From: Catajapyx aquilonaris
Taxonomy: Eukaryota
Direction: 5' to 3'
Assembly (NCBI GenBank): GCA_000934665.2
Contig: JYFJ02002748.1
Coordinates: 1 to 64,000 of the forward strand
DNA length: 64,000 nucleotides
Shown: positions 34,380-49,100 of the stretch, piece by piece
Layout of the letters: each line of letters opens with the position of its first letter
Numbering within the stretch: position 1 is the first letter of the stretch
The notes under the pieces: model-generated
Told to the model about the DNA's origin: nothing
Databases searched by the model: none
Seen by the model: only the letters and a program-made list of their open reading frames with translations
Position numbers and translations under genes: made by a program

Positions 34380-37300
34380 AAACCATGCTACTTCCTGCTC
34401 CTTTCCAAGCCAGAGACCCACCGCCACCTGTCCTCTTTGTCAAATATCACCCCATCTGAGTTATGCCACCTTTGTTTCTTTTTTTTTTTGTATGATGGCT
34501 TGGAAGGGAGGGCTTCCTTCCCTTAACTACTTAACACTCCCGGAGGGCCTGAGTTTTTGGCATCATTTGTGCATGGAGGCCTCTTTTTCTCTGTAGCACG
34601 CGAGATGGGAACGGATCGGAATGTTTCGTGCCGGGAAGAACGAGACACACCGACAATAAACGCATAGGGAAGATACATAACTCATGTCCACACTGCATGC
34701 CTAGAGAGTCTTCCGGCTATCAGGATTATGCGTAATTAGGGAGGCCTCTTAGTTCAATATGAATTTGGGAGGTGGGCCATTGCTAAATGGTATTAAAGCA
34801 GGCGAAGGAGCCAAGTGATTTTTGATGGGAGAAAATAATTTTTCAGTGAGTAGGCTTAATCACTCCGTTCGTTCGACCCGATATGCAGGTCAGTTGTAAT
34901 CACATGAAAAGTCGTGTTTACGTGCATGTGCTCCACGTAGCATTTATTGGACTCGAATGTCTTCATCAACAATGTTTTAACTGCCGCCGACTTTGCAGAC
35001 ACTTTATGATAAGCCAGGCGACCAGTCCGCCCACTAATTCTATATGCGAGACAGAAAAGCAATATTTTATAGCAGCCAGAACACCCCCTTCTCCTGATAA
35101 TATTCGGATTGCGGTGTTTATGGTCTGCAACCCCATCAGTCGGGGTCACCCTTTCGCCTATCACCGCCTGAAAATTAACAGTGACCTCCCAGTATGACCT
35201 GGAGGGTTGGTAAGGATCACTGGGGAACCTCCAATATTAACTCACTATTTTTTTTCTGGAACAGTTTTTCCTTCCACACCCACACAACAAATCAACACTC
35301 CTTATCGCAACTTCTGAATGCCCTCTCCTTTTCCTTCTATCTGGAATCCGGTCAAATGTTCAACTCTGCAATCTTCGAGGGCAGACCAGATTGGACCTCA
35401 GAGCCTTGGCCCCACAGATACTAAACTCTGGAAAAAAGTTTTGAATGTCATGAGGTCGCAATGGATGGATGTTGCGGATCACCTAGATTAGTAATTAAGA
35501 AGCAGAGTAAGTATAAATAAGGAGTCTTGCTGGGGAGGTAATTCGCGATGCAAAAATGTGCGATGCTTATTCATGCCTAACGAACTTGGCAGCGAAATTT
35601 GACTCGGGACAGCTCATCCCATGCCAGGCATGTGGAGGTATCTCAAGTGACAACGAGTGACAATTAATTGCTTCCTGTAGAGTCCGTAGGAGGCTTCTTC
35701 AACCATTGGGATTCCTCAGGGCAGAGGACCGTGTGACAGCGTCTCAACAGCTACTACTGTGCAGATATGTTTGGGAAAACTTGGCAGGAATAAAAACGTG
35801 GATGAAATTTTAAGATAGTAAATTTTAATTTTTAAAAAATAAAAAAGTTAACATGCTTTGTGCTCAGAAAATTTGAACATTTTTTGTCATGCTAGAAAAA
35901 AATCAGTTTATTTATTGTACAGTCAACAATTCCTGACAATTGCATGTAAATATTTATGGATAATATGCAATATTGGAGTCACAGCTAGCAACAATTACTT
36001 GTTATGAGTTTGAAAAAAGCTGAATTTTTGCTTAAAATAAATTAGAGTGCAAGGCGACTGCAGAAATTCCTGTCAAAAAATGAGGTCCGCCATTCCTGTC
36101 TAACAGCCAACGGATGCCATTCCATTGTTCCCAGTACATTTCAAGAGCAGCCAGAGAGAAAATGCTGCACCTTGGCAACTTTGTGTCTCAGAAAATTTTG
36201 CCAACAATCGCTGTCTGTAAGAACCAAGCAAAACATCTGTCGCCATCGCTAGTAGGCTGTAACATGTTTTAGGCAGACCACATTAGCATAGATTGATGTC
36301 ACATATAAATATTTTGATCCCACTTTCTGGAGGTCCTGATCCTGGCGACGTCCATTTCCGGAGACCTAAGTGGATTATAACAAACCTCCCACTTAGCGCA
36401 TTACACGAGTGGTAGAAATCCCCCATCAGACCAACCTGCAGCTGTTTAGTAGATACGAAATCCTTTTTGAAACCAACCCTCCTTCTGGGGTACAAGAGAT
36501 ATGCCAAGCCAAGCCAGCAGGATGTCGTTTGGACTGTCTGGAACCACCCCAGAGAGGCCTAACTCCAGAGAATATGCACCATCAAAGAACATGTTGCCAA
36601 AAAAATTTTGCTGAAAAACATGTCGATTTGTTGCATGACTTGTGTAATATATTTTTTGGTCCCTCCACCTTTGTCCACAGGCGAAAAATGGCCACTCCCT
36701 AAGGCCAGAAACTCATTTCTGGGCGTGGGGTTTTATGTGGGGGTGTCATAAATTTGCGGCATTCCCCTTCCACCCACTTCCACACACTCGCAGTTGGCCA
36801 AAAACATAGCCCCAAACACTTGTTAGGGCGTGAAATTCGACGCATGGACAGGGTCAAATGTCATTTTTTTGGTGGGGTTGAAAAATATTGGAACTGAATT
36901 TTGGTTATCAGCATGATAGGATATTTCTAAGCTTGCTTTGTTGCATAAGGGAGATGTTTGTTATCTTGACAAATTCACTAGTTTTTTATATAGTTTTAGT
37001 GTCGCCAAGGAAAACTTCTATCTCGGCTTGTTATGTCATTTCAACACGTGGCGCAACAAACCTGAGGCGCCTATAGCGAGGTCTTTGTCGTGACTATAAA
37101 TCTTTTGCAGAACCGGTGCTATAATGCTACAAAAATGTAAGCCTTACACTCAACGGATCATTGCCACACGTTTCTGGTTGGAACACTATTTATCTGCAGA
37201 AATCTTGATAGTAAATATTTAAACTATTATTTATTATAAATTGAGAATTATTATCACTAGTGCCACAAAAATCAACATTATTGGTAACCACTTCTTGGCA

Positions 37301-40300
37301 CCTGTTCTGTTTGTCCAAATCCGGAGGTGTCTACTATAGAGTCTGGAAACCACGCATCTAAATTTAGGAAAATCATAAAAATATTTTAATACCCATCCCT
37401 TAGGAAACTTCTAAGCTTGACCGCAAAATTTTCTGGAGCCCCCAGATCACACTTCAGATGCAATCAATGCAATTTACAACCTCCCTTAATAGCACATGTC
37501 AGTGCAGCAATGAGCCTTCAAACCACCATAAAAATGCGGGGGAAAAAACCTACTAAAAATCTGCCATCAAGTGTTTCCTTCCGACTGCCTCCATGATAAG
37601 ACCCCTTAGTGTACCAACTAGCCTCTTCCTAACCCCCCAAAAAATCCTTGCAAAGCTTGGACCGGGGAAGGTTATTTGCACCCGCGGAATTTGTTGCTTT
37701 GGCATCACTTGCAACCCGGAGGATATAATTAGGGGTTCGGCCAAGTAATTTATATTCCCCCCGAGTTTGGCGGATTTTCTCAAGGTAACGGCATTGCACA
37801 TACGGGTTAATGAAGCAGTTACATATCTGGCAACCCCCTAACTTGATATGCTCGGCTGAAGGGTTACTCTACCTTGAAATAATCACCACGCTCATCCGAG
37901 AGGAGAGCTTCTAAATGGTCTAGAGTGGGTTGTTAAGCCACTAATAAGAGGTTTTTGTGACTAGGGGTAACTGCAACGTTTCCGATTCAATGAGAGTTTG
38001 AAAAAAAATATACCGTGACTTGATAGACAGGAACCCCTCTTATGTCGAATGGCTATATCACTCTTCTTATTCCAACATGGAGAGTATGGGAGGGGAGGAC
38101 CTTCCCACTTCTTTTGTATATATGCTGGGGCTGGCCAATTCTGGAGAAACAAGGTGATAAGTCTTGCCTGGAGAAGCATGGCGTCGTGGTTCGTTGCCCT
38201 GCTTTTTTTTCCAACCGGTTCTTGCTCGATGCAACAATGCCTATTTGATCTCCTGTAACACATTCATTTTAGAGAACTGTCCCCAGCAGGATTTCTTGCT
38301 GGAGAGTCGTTTACCATATGGCTTGCATTCTACGGTTGAGAATGAGGGAGGATAAGAAAAATACTGTACGCTACTAGTTCAAGATGCAAGGTGATTATTT
38401 TTGCAAGACTGACTGCCAGTTTGCTATTATATGCGCATATTTCATATTGCATGAGTAGTGACTACGCCACTCCTGCTCACGTGATCCGAATCACAAATAT
38501 TTTAATAATTTTGGACTATTATAGGAAAATTGTTATTTATTATTATTTTATTGCATGTTATAGCTGTTATTTTATTGCAGGTTATAGCTGTATTATTTTA
38601 TTGCACTTATATTTACGTATTTCCTCTCAAACAAGCCAACGGCTATAGGAGCACGGGGTATGGTAATTAAAATAATATATTGACGTATTTAATTATATTT
38701 TTATTGTACATTTTCTTTCGTTGCATGATGTATTTCGTAACGGTTTATTTTATTTTACTTGTTGTTCAAATCATTGGAACAACTATTAAGTAAATTTAAA
38801 ATGCAGTATCCTACATCATACTTCGAGCTTCCCTCTATAAGGAGCACTGGCCCGCCTGTTTTAGTAAGCAAATAAATTACAGCACACTAATAAATTAATA
38901 AATCAGCCACATCCTGGCCTGCTAACTGGCCATACGGGTAAGTCAAACATTCTGGAGGCAATAAAAATATATGGCCAGATTCCGTGCGGGTGTCAGTGAT
39001 CCAGTGCACTTGAAACGAATCTGTTGTCGTTGCCAATCGGCATGACTATAAAGGGCAAAAAAATCCCTTTCAGGATTTGTCACGTCCATGTCACTTACTT
39101 GGCGTGTCACATCAACGTTGGTAACTATTTCTCAACTGCATCCTCTGCTGTCCGTAAATTGCGGGGTTCAGTAACTAGTTGGTACGTGAGACATAGCCGC
39201 TCATTATGCAGTGCATGCTCGCCGCAATTAATCACACTTGCAGTCAGCAGAAAAGAAATGGAAAAAAACTCGACTGGAACTGATACTCCTTTTGCATTTA
39301 ATTCGATAAGGAACCAGTCCAAAAGTGCTGTTAGTTGCCCAGGCATGTGTGGGGCTATAGATTTTTATCTCGGTGCAATTGAACTTGTCTGTGTGCATAT
39401 CGGGCAGAGTAATTCAAAGGATACTCAAGTACCTCACTGCCCCAATTATCTCGTGGATAAGCACCTGTTGGTCAGCCTGAAGGAGTTTTACAGTTAGAGG
39501 CAGTTACTAAGTAATTTCATTAGTATGCCCACATGCCAATGAAGGTAACATGCCTGCAAAAATTCTGCTATCGGTTCTACATTTCAAAAATAAAACCTAA
39601 GTTGTAAAAGTATGTGGATAAGTATAGCTTATCTTGTGTTGAGATATTCTTACTGTTTGTAAATAGTTCAGGGTTATAGATGATATGATCACCTGGTACA
39701 TGTACTACATGCTTTACTTTGCAAGTCATTTTTTTGCATCATTTTTATGTACGTTTATTTGCCTTGGGAGATTTCTGATATGGCGCTGATAGTCTTGGCA
39801 GTGATAAAAATAATAGTGAGAGTCACGATGACTTGGCAAGCCCTACTTTCTGCCAACCCAGCACTGATGAACATTAATGACTGGACACTGATCACCGATA
39901 TCGAAAGGAATTATTCAGAGTCACATTGAAGAATTGACAGCCACATTACAATACTCAGGTATTACCGAGTTAGCAGCAAGACTATACACTGTGTGACATT
40001 TCTGCTGTCGAAAAATATGTGGTAGAAGCGTAGAACCTCTTTCCCTGTTGTAGAAGATGGTACAAACCAACAACCTCACGGATTTTTCGCTGAAAATAGG
40101 ATTTTGTTTCAGGTAAAAATGTGTCCGAAGTAAGATAAAACTGGGCCAGTTTAGGCCAAAAAGTATTTATTTCATCACACATTTACATACAATACCACAA
40201 ATCAGCGTATTTAAACCACAAAAAAGGCAAACACTCCTGATAAACCTGTGCAAAAATCCAATTGTTGCACCAACACTTTCGATATTAATTAGCAACACCC

Positions 40301-41397
40301 GCCACAATCCCCCCACTAATCCTAATCATCCTAAAAGTCCATTGTCAAATCACCCTCCCCCCAAAAAATCGAAAGAGGACCCTATTGTGTAAAAAGGGGC
40401 CCCATCACCAAAAAGGACCTTCCCTCCCGCTGTGCCTGTGAGTCCCAAAAGCAGAAAACAGGCTCCCCACATTCCTGAGCCGAAACGACACTTGTTTGAA
40501 TTCCTGCCAGGCTCGGACCAATCCTCAACCTCCCCTGCACATGTAACAACCTCTGGCGCCGGCGCCATTGGACAGCATAACCAGTTTCCTCCTTCACAGC
40601 GACGCAAACGCGACAAAAAGACACGCCCTTGCCACCCTTCTATATAATAAAATAATAAATAAAAATAATAAAATCATACATAATAAAACCGCATTTTGTA
40701 CGTTTGTAGTCCACGGTGGTTGTCTTTTTTTCTGGTAATTAATTTCCTGTATGAGACACACCCCTTCTGATTGATAATGTGATAGGGTGAGAAACGCAGG
40801 CGCATGGAGGGCCTCGGGGGTGGAAAGAATCCAGGGGCCAATCAGGGGCCGAGATCCCCAACATGGTGGGTTTGATGAGCAGTCTACCATGTCGCCTGCT
40901 GCTGTCTATACATTATTCGGCCATACCACTTTTTGCTACCTAAGATTGTAACCCTCCACACAAGGCATTGTTGTGGGTTCTATTTGCGATTTTTTAAAAA
41001 TAAATTTTGATATATTATGCGTTGAGCACTTTCCTAATTGTGGATAGCGGATCATAGTTCATTTTTATAGGAGTGATAGGATCACAGGTGATATGGTCGG
41101 ATTAAATTGGGTCCATGCACTGCTGCACAGTTCTCTGAGGTGTTTTAATAAATGAGTTCATAAATAAGGCCAATTAAACCGGGATGTATTAATTAAGTAT
41201 GACCGCTTGTAGGAAGGATACATCTGTATACAAAGGGGGTGCACAGACCACCCAATGATTGGCTCCAGCAGCCAGTTTTCCACAAAAAAAAGTAACCTGT
41301 TACCTGATGCAACATACCTGGTATGCTCTAGGTTCCATAATTATCAACTTCTGTGTAATTGGAATAACTTTTAAGCCGTGAAGTATTGAATGCCTAA

Positions 41398-41636
41398 AGG
41401 CCGCTTCACAAACTCGGCGTTGCGAAAGCGGGGCGAAATGCCCGTTTTACAAACCCGGATTTGCGCGAGCGGGGCGTACGGAGAGCGGAAAATTTGCGAA
41501 GGGCTATTCACAAATGCTGCGTGCGATGACCGAGCGCGGGCGTTGCGCTGGCGTCCAATCGGGTGGACTTTCTGCGTGCGATGAGCGTAAGGCCCACACG
41601 CCACGCTTTCGCAACGCCGAGTTTGTGAAGCGGCCT
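41398..41636. mobile_element. PIF/Harbinger (Tourist-like) MITE
   Basis: Perfect TIR of more than 30 bp, AGGCCGCTTCACAAACTCGGCGTTGCGAAAGCG, flanked by a TAA target-site duplication at 41395-41397 and 41637-41639; CpG-rich, so probably young. Confidence 0.85.
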
Positions 41637-42464
41637 TAATGAATAACAGCATTGCATGTCTACAGGTCTGTTATAAAATTTCATATTGGTCATGTGCTAC
41701 AAAGATGGCGTGAGTTGATCGTTTATTGCTGTTGAAAAATACCAGAAACAATATCATCATCTGCGGCCTTCATGAACATATTCAGATACTCCAACAGTCG
41801 GCAGTAACAATAGTGGCCTAAGTGCGAGGTGTAATAACAAAAATTACTTGTTTCGTATGCAGCAGCACTCACAATGTCTCATTTGACACCTTACGACTTT
41901 TAATACCTGGACCTGTCGATATCAAAGCCAATTTAAAAAAATTAAAACGCGAATTTTTGTAAACTAAAACTTTCACAGATGCACTGGAATTTGCGGCCTC
42001 ATGTGAAATTTCTAAACAATGTCGTATTCTGTCTTAATTCGCCTCGATTGCAAATAGATGCATGTGTTGACAAAAAAAAAATCACTCTGTGATCATGCCG
42101 AAAAATAGCGATCCTTGATTAATCCACGCGACAATTCAGAACTTCCATACCCTATCATAATTTTAAAATGAATAATTATTTAAAGCGTTGCAACCGCAAA
42201 TTTAGTATATGAGCACATTGCAATTTGCAAATACATTCATATATGCAACTCAAGAGTTATCCCAATATATATCGACAAATTCGGCCGTGAGCATGTGAAT
42301 TTTCCTGTAGCATACCTGTGCAACAATAATTATTAAGTTTGAATGCACAAGAGCAACAAATTGTCCGACGTGTATGAGGGTCCTCATAAAGAACGAAAGA
42401 TCAACATTCTTATAATTGCAAGGATATTCTTATAGCTGTCACCAAGATGAAGACGATTCAGGTC

Positions 42465-43182
42465 TCGAGTCCGGATTTTCAGGCACGAAAAAAACCGAAA
42501 TAGGAACGAAAAAAACCCTCAAATAGGCACTTGAACAGGCACGAAAAATTCTCAAGTAGGCACAAAAATTGTACTTTTTCGGGAGTACGGAGGATAATGT
42601 TGCAGAAAATACAAAGCTAGAATAATTTTATAGGCCTAAAGTACCGTATATAACAACGATCAACTGACAGGAAATCACGAAACTTGGGCAAAAGACACAA
42701 AGTGGAAGCAAGTATTACTTGTCCTGGACTCTACCGCTTATAGCCAGTTTCCACTTATGTTGCCAAATATTTGTCTAAATTTTTCTCTGTTTGGAACAGT
42801 CGGGAAAATTTAGAAAAATATTTGGCATACGCGTCACAGAAATAAGATTCAGTCGTAGTATTACTTCTTAACGATTTTGGTCCTTTCAGGAGCACAAAAA
42901 ATACTCCGCAAAACAAACCAAACATGCCTCTTTAGAAATAGGCCCCAAAAGGGCCGAAGTTGCTTCAAAAAGTTCAAAAACTATCCCAAAAAAAGGGATG
43001 AAAAGTCGCAAAAAGCCAGAATAGGCAAAATAGTTCTCAAATCCACGAAATAGGCCATTTTAGGCACTATAAACCTTACATTTTCCACATCCTGCACTTA
43101 TGAAAGGGATAGATCTCTTCACAAAACCATCGCAACTCAAAATGAACTCAAGAGGCATTTGCCTAAAAATCCTGACTTTCTA
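42465..43182. mobile_element. Non-autonomous DNA transposon (possibly hAT-like MITE)
   Basis: Left end TCGAGTCCGGATTTTCAGGCAC versus right end TGCCTAAAAATCCTGACTTTCTA; repeated subterminal (AT)AGGCAC motifs. Confidence 0.55.
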
Positions 43183-46100
43183 TGTCGCAAGGAATCCAAC
43201 GAGTAGCCTACAATGAAAAACCTGTATCATTTTGACCACGATAGTACCTACGCACAACAAACAGTGACTGTTCTGCAAGTTACACCTGTGCCGTGCTAGG
43301 CATTCGCAGTAGATTCGCTGGTCTCGTTGTGAGAGTTTCAAATAATGTAGGTGTGACACCAGTTGCTCTTTGTACATCTTCCATCACTGTCCACTGGAGA
43401 CTGGATACACGAAAATCACCCCCCTCATTTCTGTCACAATATACTTTCCCTAGGTAAACCAGAAACTTCGACACCAAGGGGGTTGCGCTGCTCATATCTG
43501 TCAAATTCCGTCACGATGGCCGTTTCATCACATGATGAAGAGCAGAAGGCGCCATGTATTGTTCTAAATTACTGGAAAGCTCCATCAACAGTTTCATCAT
43601 TATTTCTCCAAATAACACCCCTTTTTCTGTCCTCGCCGTCGTAGGCCTAGCAATAGGTACCGGTTTATGTTCTAGGTGCGCAGGGTCTTGTTCCAGTTAT
43701 ATCAACTACTGGTGTTTACTGAAAATACCAGAAACTTCTACGCCTCTTGCAGACCACTCACCCAGGCCAGTCTATAGCATCAGTTTACAGGCGCAGATTG
43801 TTTATACTAACATCGCGAAGGTCAAGTTAGTTCAGTTTTCTAAATGGCTTAGCCGGGCATGTTTAGCTGACCAAGCTAAATTGAATCCAGCTAATTAAAA
43901 TAAGCAAAGCCAGGTACACTTAAGGAAAAAACAGTTCTGTTTACAAAATTAATTCCCTAGATTCCAGTGTCGACTAATTTTTTATTGCGGCGATAAGTAG
44001 GCCTATACATATTTCTCAGATGACATGTGTCTAAAATGAATATATGATGTCACTAGCCATGCCCATAGTAAAAAATTATTGTCAAACTGGTCGTGCGAAC
44101 ACTTGACTATATTTACACTATTCATATACATAGCAATAAAACATTTGTACGCCAATTCTGCAGGTGCCATAAAATGCCATTGATGCTCCGACAAGCTTAG
44201 CCATGAATGTGAATATGTTGCAAAAGGTTGTTTCCAGTTCAGATACAGTGCCAATGCATTTACGAGACCATATACTTCAGCAACATATTTTTTACTCTTT
44301 CATATACTGTAAGATTTGGCGAATGGCCTGTTGTTCCGATCTTGCTAGAATGTAGGAACGATAAGTGACTCCCGTTGCTTGACATAAGCGCATGGGGTCA
44401 ATACACCGATAAAAGGACTCTGAGAATATTTGAATCGCAACTACTCCAATTTCCATACACGGGCATTTCCAATGTTACATAATTGTTTTCCAAGCAGGCC
44501 CATTCAGTGGGTTTATGACCCTCTAAAAAAGCCCGTAATGCGCTAATGCAATGTTTTAAAAAAAGTGATGCACCTGCACAAATGTTTACATTTTCGTCAT
44601 GACTGACTTTCTCGATCACATGTACCTCATGCTGAGTACAAACCTGGCTAAACCCCACATGCGCATCGTCCTTGGCAAACCCACCATACCATCGACAAAT
44701 GTCACTCCGCCTTCCATAATGTTAGTACCGCCTACATAGTCACTTGCTACACTGCATACTATTATCTCAAACCACCCAGTTCGCACCTCCCAGACCATTT
44801 TTTTAAACAAAGTTTGAGACACTTTTTAATCATCAGGCGTCGATCTTATTTTTGTGAATGGCAGTGTCGACAGTATCAATGACTTGTTTCCTACGCTCCC
44901 AAGTCGTAACTGATTTGGCACATCTGAACCATTGTTTCAAACGGCGTCCCGTCCTTCGGATTATTTTTGAATGAAGACAGAGCCATCAATTTGCATAATG
45001 GAATCCGTAATGACCCAAGACGGAAACGTCGGATTGAGTTGTAAACCGAAGGGGTGGTTCTAGACTTATGCCGAATTTAACATATCGATCTGTCTTAAGC
45101 AGCAGGGGGAGATTTTGAAAGGGTTAAGTGTCAGTAGAAGGACATATGCCACATGCATCCATCACATAAGAGCAAGAGGGGGGGAGGTGTGGCCCACATT
45201 GCAAATTCCTCAGTCGCGATCTCATTCGCCATTCCAAGGATGCCACGTCGGCTGTCGCAATGTGTGTGTACGGTTTCCCACCAAGTATACCGGAAAAAAT
45301 TACTGGGCAGGAAAATGAGTTTGATTTATATGGCACCTGCAGGGTTTTCTCACACCAAAATGGCCGTGAAGATTGAGGTTCAGCGTTGCATCACCACCGT
45401 TTTATATGCGCCTTAATCCAACATTTTTATCTAGCGCAATAATTTATGGCACTATTGCAACCAAAAAAAATGGTTCCATAACTTCACACGCTGCTGTATG
45501 TAAATGTACGTATTAATTTAATTATAAAAATTTGCACTCAACCCTCCAAAACTAATGAGCTCCAATTTCAGGAAAATTTCAAGTACACTCTGTATAGTAA
45601 TTGCAATGCAAAAAACTATTTGTCACACACTGATTGCACCAACTCAATTCCTGGTTGCAAAACACTGAACTTTTTCCTAAGGTCATATCATCAGGTCAAG
45701 TTCGGATAACCCTTGCCCACCCTCGGATAAGCCGCATCCTTGGATATGATGACACCCATATAAAACTGAACGTAGCAAAAAAAATTAAAAGGAGTGATGT
45801 TTCCGCAAGTTACCATGCTCCTTGCACCGGTGAGATTTGCAAGCGTATCAGATTCATATCGCTTCTTCTTCCAACACGGGGGGTTACATTCGTGCTTTCT
45901 GCTTGGCTCTCACACCGCCATGCACCCCCGATGTTAACAGATAGCAAAGCAACACAATGCTGCAAAGGACAAACGTTTCTCCTATTTCGAGAGCTGTTAG
46001 TCAGTATTCAGGCACACGGCGTGACGTCGACGGGTTCCAAAATCAGGATCAGAGGAATCCCACTTGGCTCCTCCAGACTATAGTGTTGGCGACAAATAAA

Positions 46101-49100
46101 TGTAGACATCCTATATGGCTTTCACAGGTAAATAGGCAACTGGCAGGAGGCCAGTATGGACCGACATTGATGCGAATATAGATTGATTGACAAATTGTTG
46201 TGTCGAGGACGCTGAGGTTCAAGGAGTTGCGAGTTATGCAACAATGTATGGTTCGTACAGGTTGTGTCGTAAATAATTTTCATGCCTGCAAGGGCGTCAT
46301 AAACTGTGGGGAGACAAGCAAAAAAATAAGTGCAAGCCTATAATTATAGCTGCCGACGGTTCAGCCCCAAATTAAAGGTTGACAAAAAAATTAATTACCA
46401 TTTTTGACACTTTATGAGATCATTGAGAAAAGTATGTAGATCAGCAATGCCAGAATATATATGGACATCATCCCCCTCCTTTTAAACCAATTGTATAGGT
46501 TGGTTTAGGATCAAGCTACACATGAATTTGACGCTAACCTATAGCTATTATAAAATTGCGCTATTTAAATGTAAATCTGCAAATTTTCCAATATGCGTAA
46601 CAATTACGCAAATAATGTCACAACACGATCAAATGACGGGAGAATTATATTTACACTTCAAAAATATGTACACAAAAATTCAGTGTGAATTTGATATCGC
46701 GTTTTGAAGGGATTATTATTTGGGTGGATGACTTTCGCTGCCTTTTTTCCACCTGCTTTTAATCGCATCCTAAGCGTGCATGAGATCGCTTTTAATTATT
46801 CCATGAGTACGGGAAGGAAAAGCCTTGATGGGGCTTGATAAGTACCTTTTTTGACGGATGCAAATCAAGCCGCTCATCCAAATAAGAACTTGTCAGTCCG
46901 CAGGTCTTGAGAGAGGGGTGGTTAAAAGTAGATGGGTTATAATACATTTAAAAAAAATTGGTTAGTGAGAAGAAAACATACAAACTTGTCTCGAAACAAT
47001 GCGTGCTTAGTTTCAGTACCATTATGTAAATAAGTCGCAATTATGCGTGTGAAAATGCTACTTTTCATTTGACGAGAAAATTACTTCCGATGCACAGTCA
47101 TATTTAGTAATTATGCAAAAACCGGTGTGAGCCTAGATCACATCAACACAAACGGATGACGTCACAATACCAAGTGCACACATAATTTACTGCGTTTGTT
47201 TATAACCACAGCTCTCACGTGTTGGGAGAGAAAAAAATCAACATGGATTAGGCGTAATAACAGCATTTGTGTATCTCATCGACTGTGGGCAACAACCTCG
47301 TCATTGTTATGGATTTTGGGGTGAGGTCCAGGGCACACGAGTCCTATTTCACTCAATGATCTTGACTCATCGGGAAGCCACACACAACACGCAGGTTGAG
47401 TCACTGAATACCACATTTGATCAAGTTTAGACTTCAGAGGCCTGACTGCTCGATGGAGAAAATTATACTTGCTACAAAATCAGGGGCAATAGCTAATCTT
47501 CTCAACAACAAAAAGCTAGTGTAATTTACCGACATTGTGTCAACCACGATTATTGACCTCAATGTAAATTCAGAGTCTTGGGTGTCTCACCAATTAGCAA
47601 AACCTGTGCAACCAGCAGTAAATAACGTTTTATTTTCTCGTCTAACCTCTCCAGATAACAAGCAGCAAGTATTACCTTCAACTACCTTCTACATAGAATT
47701 CATTCACTCTATACCTACATGAACTTGGGTACACACCTTCACTTCATTAGGCGTGAGACACGCTAGATCAATTTGCATGCCGCCAAGTTTACTTTAAAAA
47801 ATAATTCCACGATAAATTATTTGTCGCAGATATTTTGGGACACGGTACGGCCAAAGGCACAAACGCACAGAGAATTCGTAACACCCACGCTTGAAGCATA
47901 GGTATACCTTGAGGTTACACGAGTTTAGAACCTAGTTGCAGTTCGCAATAATTTATGTCACTGGGAGAAAAACAATGCCATTAAGCTGAAGGCCTGTCCT
48001 ACCTTGGAATCGTTTCTTCCGACGATGGCTTGTTTCCCAGAATCCTTTCCCTTTACTACACGCCGACCTCAGATAAATAGAAAACTAAACTCGTATACTT
48101 TTTATCATATGCCTGTGAGCCCTATTATGCATGATACATTAAGAAAAAAAAATCGGGTGGCTCAAATGTTTCAAGTTGTGTTACATTATTTTATAATCGT
48201 CATGAAATATTCAAGCACATTAATAATGTCACTGACTAATATTCCTAATCATTATTACTTCGTCAATTCTCGTAGCATTTCTATTTATTTTTATCTGCCC
48301 AGTTTTAAAGTTATCAAGTATACAACAATGTTCCTCATTTTCCGGAATACATGATTGCTAAAATTCCAGCAAAATTATAGTCTTCTGCACCAGTCAATCC
48401 GCCTTGAACATGCTAATCACATTTTAATCATAAATTCCGCACTAATGCTCTCTAGCAGTTGCTGCAGCCGGCATTTTAGAATATATTGAACAGCTGCGGG
48501 AACCACTGATAGGATTAGAATCGTTAATTCTGGAGAACGATAGGAAAAAAAAGTGACAGATCGAGGGCGTGTGTCAAGTTATTGGCGGCCAGAAGGAAAA
48601 GGGTTTGCTGTACCAAAAAATGCCATAAAAACGGAGCACGCCTACTTGAAAGACAAATATCTCGAAACGTTTAAATGACTAGTAATTACGACTCTAATTA
48701 ATTGTTAACAATTACGCTCACTGGTGGCAATAAACGCGTAAAATTTTTCGTGACAGAATCACAACCAGTTCTCGTACCATTAATTCTTCAATTACAGTGG
48801 GACATTTCGGCAGCAGGTGAGGATATCATTCATTCCCTTCATTCGTAAAGTAAAATATATCATTTGAGTGGCCCCAACAAGAGAGTAGGTGGATCCACGT
48901 CCACTGACCGATCGTCAAAATTACAGGTTTATTTCCTTCAAGGCCAACAACCAACACACACCATCTTTACCCACCGGGAAAGCCTGGGGTACCTCTCTAC
49001 ATAAAGGACAATTTTACCAACATATACCTGGCAATACAGTAACAAATTATAAAAATAAATACTATTAACATTTAACTACACATATCCAATGCTGCTGACG

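Noticed and set aside
43180..45060. Minus-strand coding remnant
   Set aside because: Several short ORFs look protein-like, but no family could be recognised and the frames do not join.
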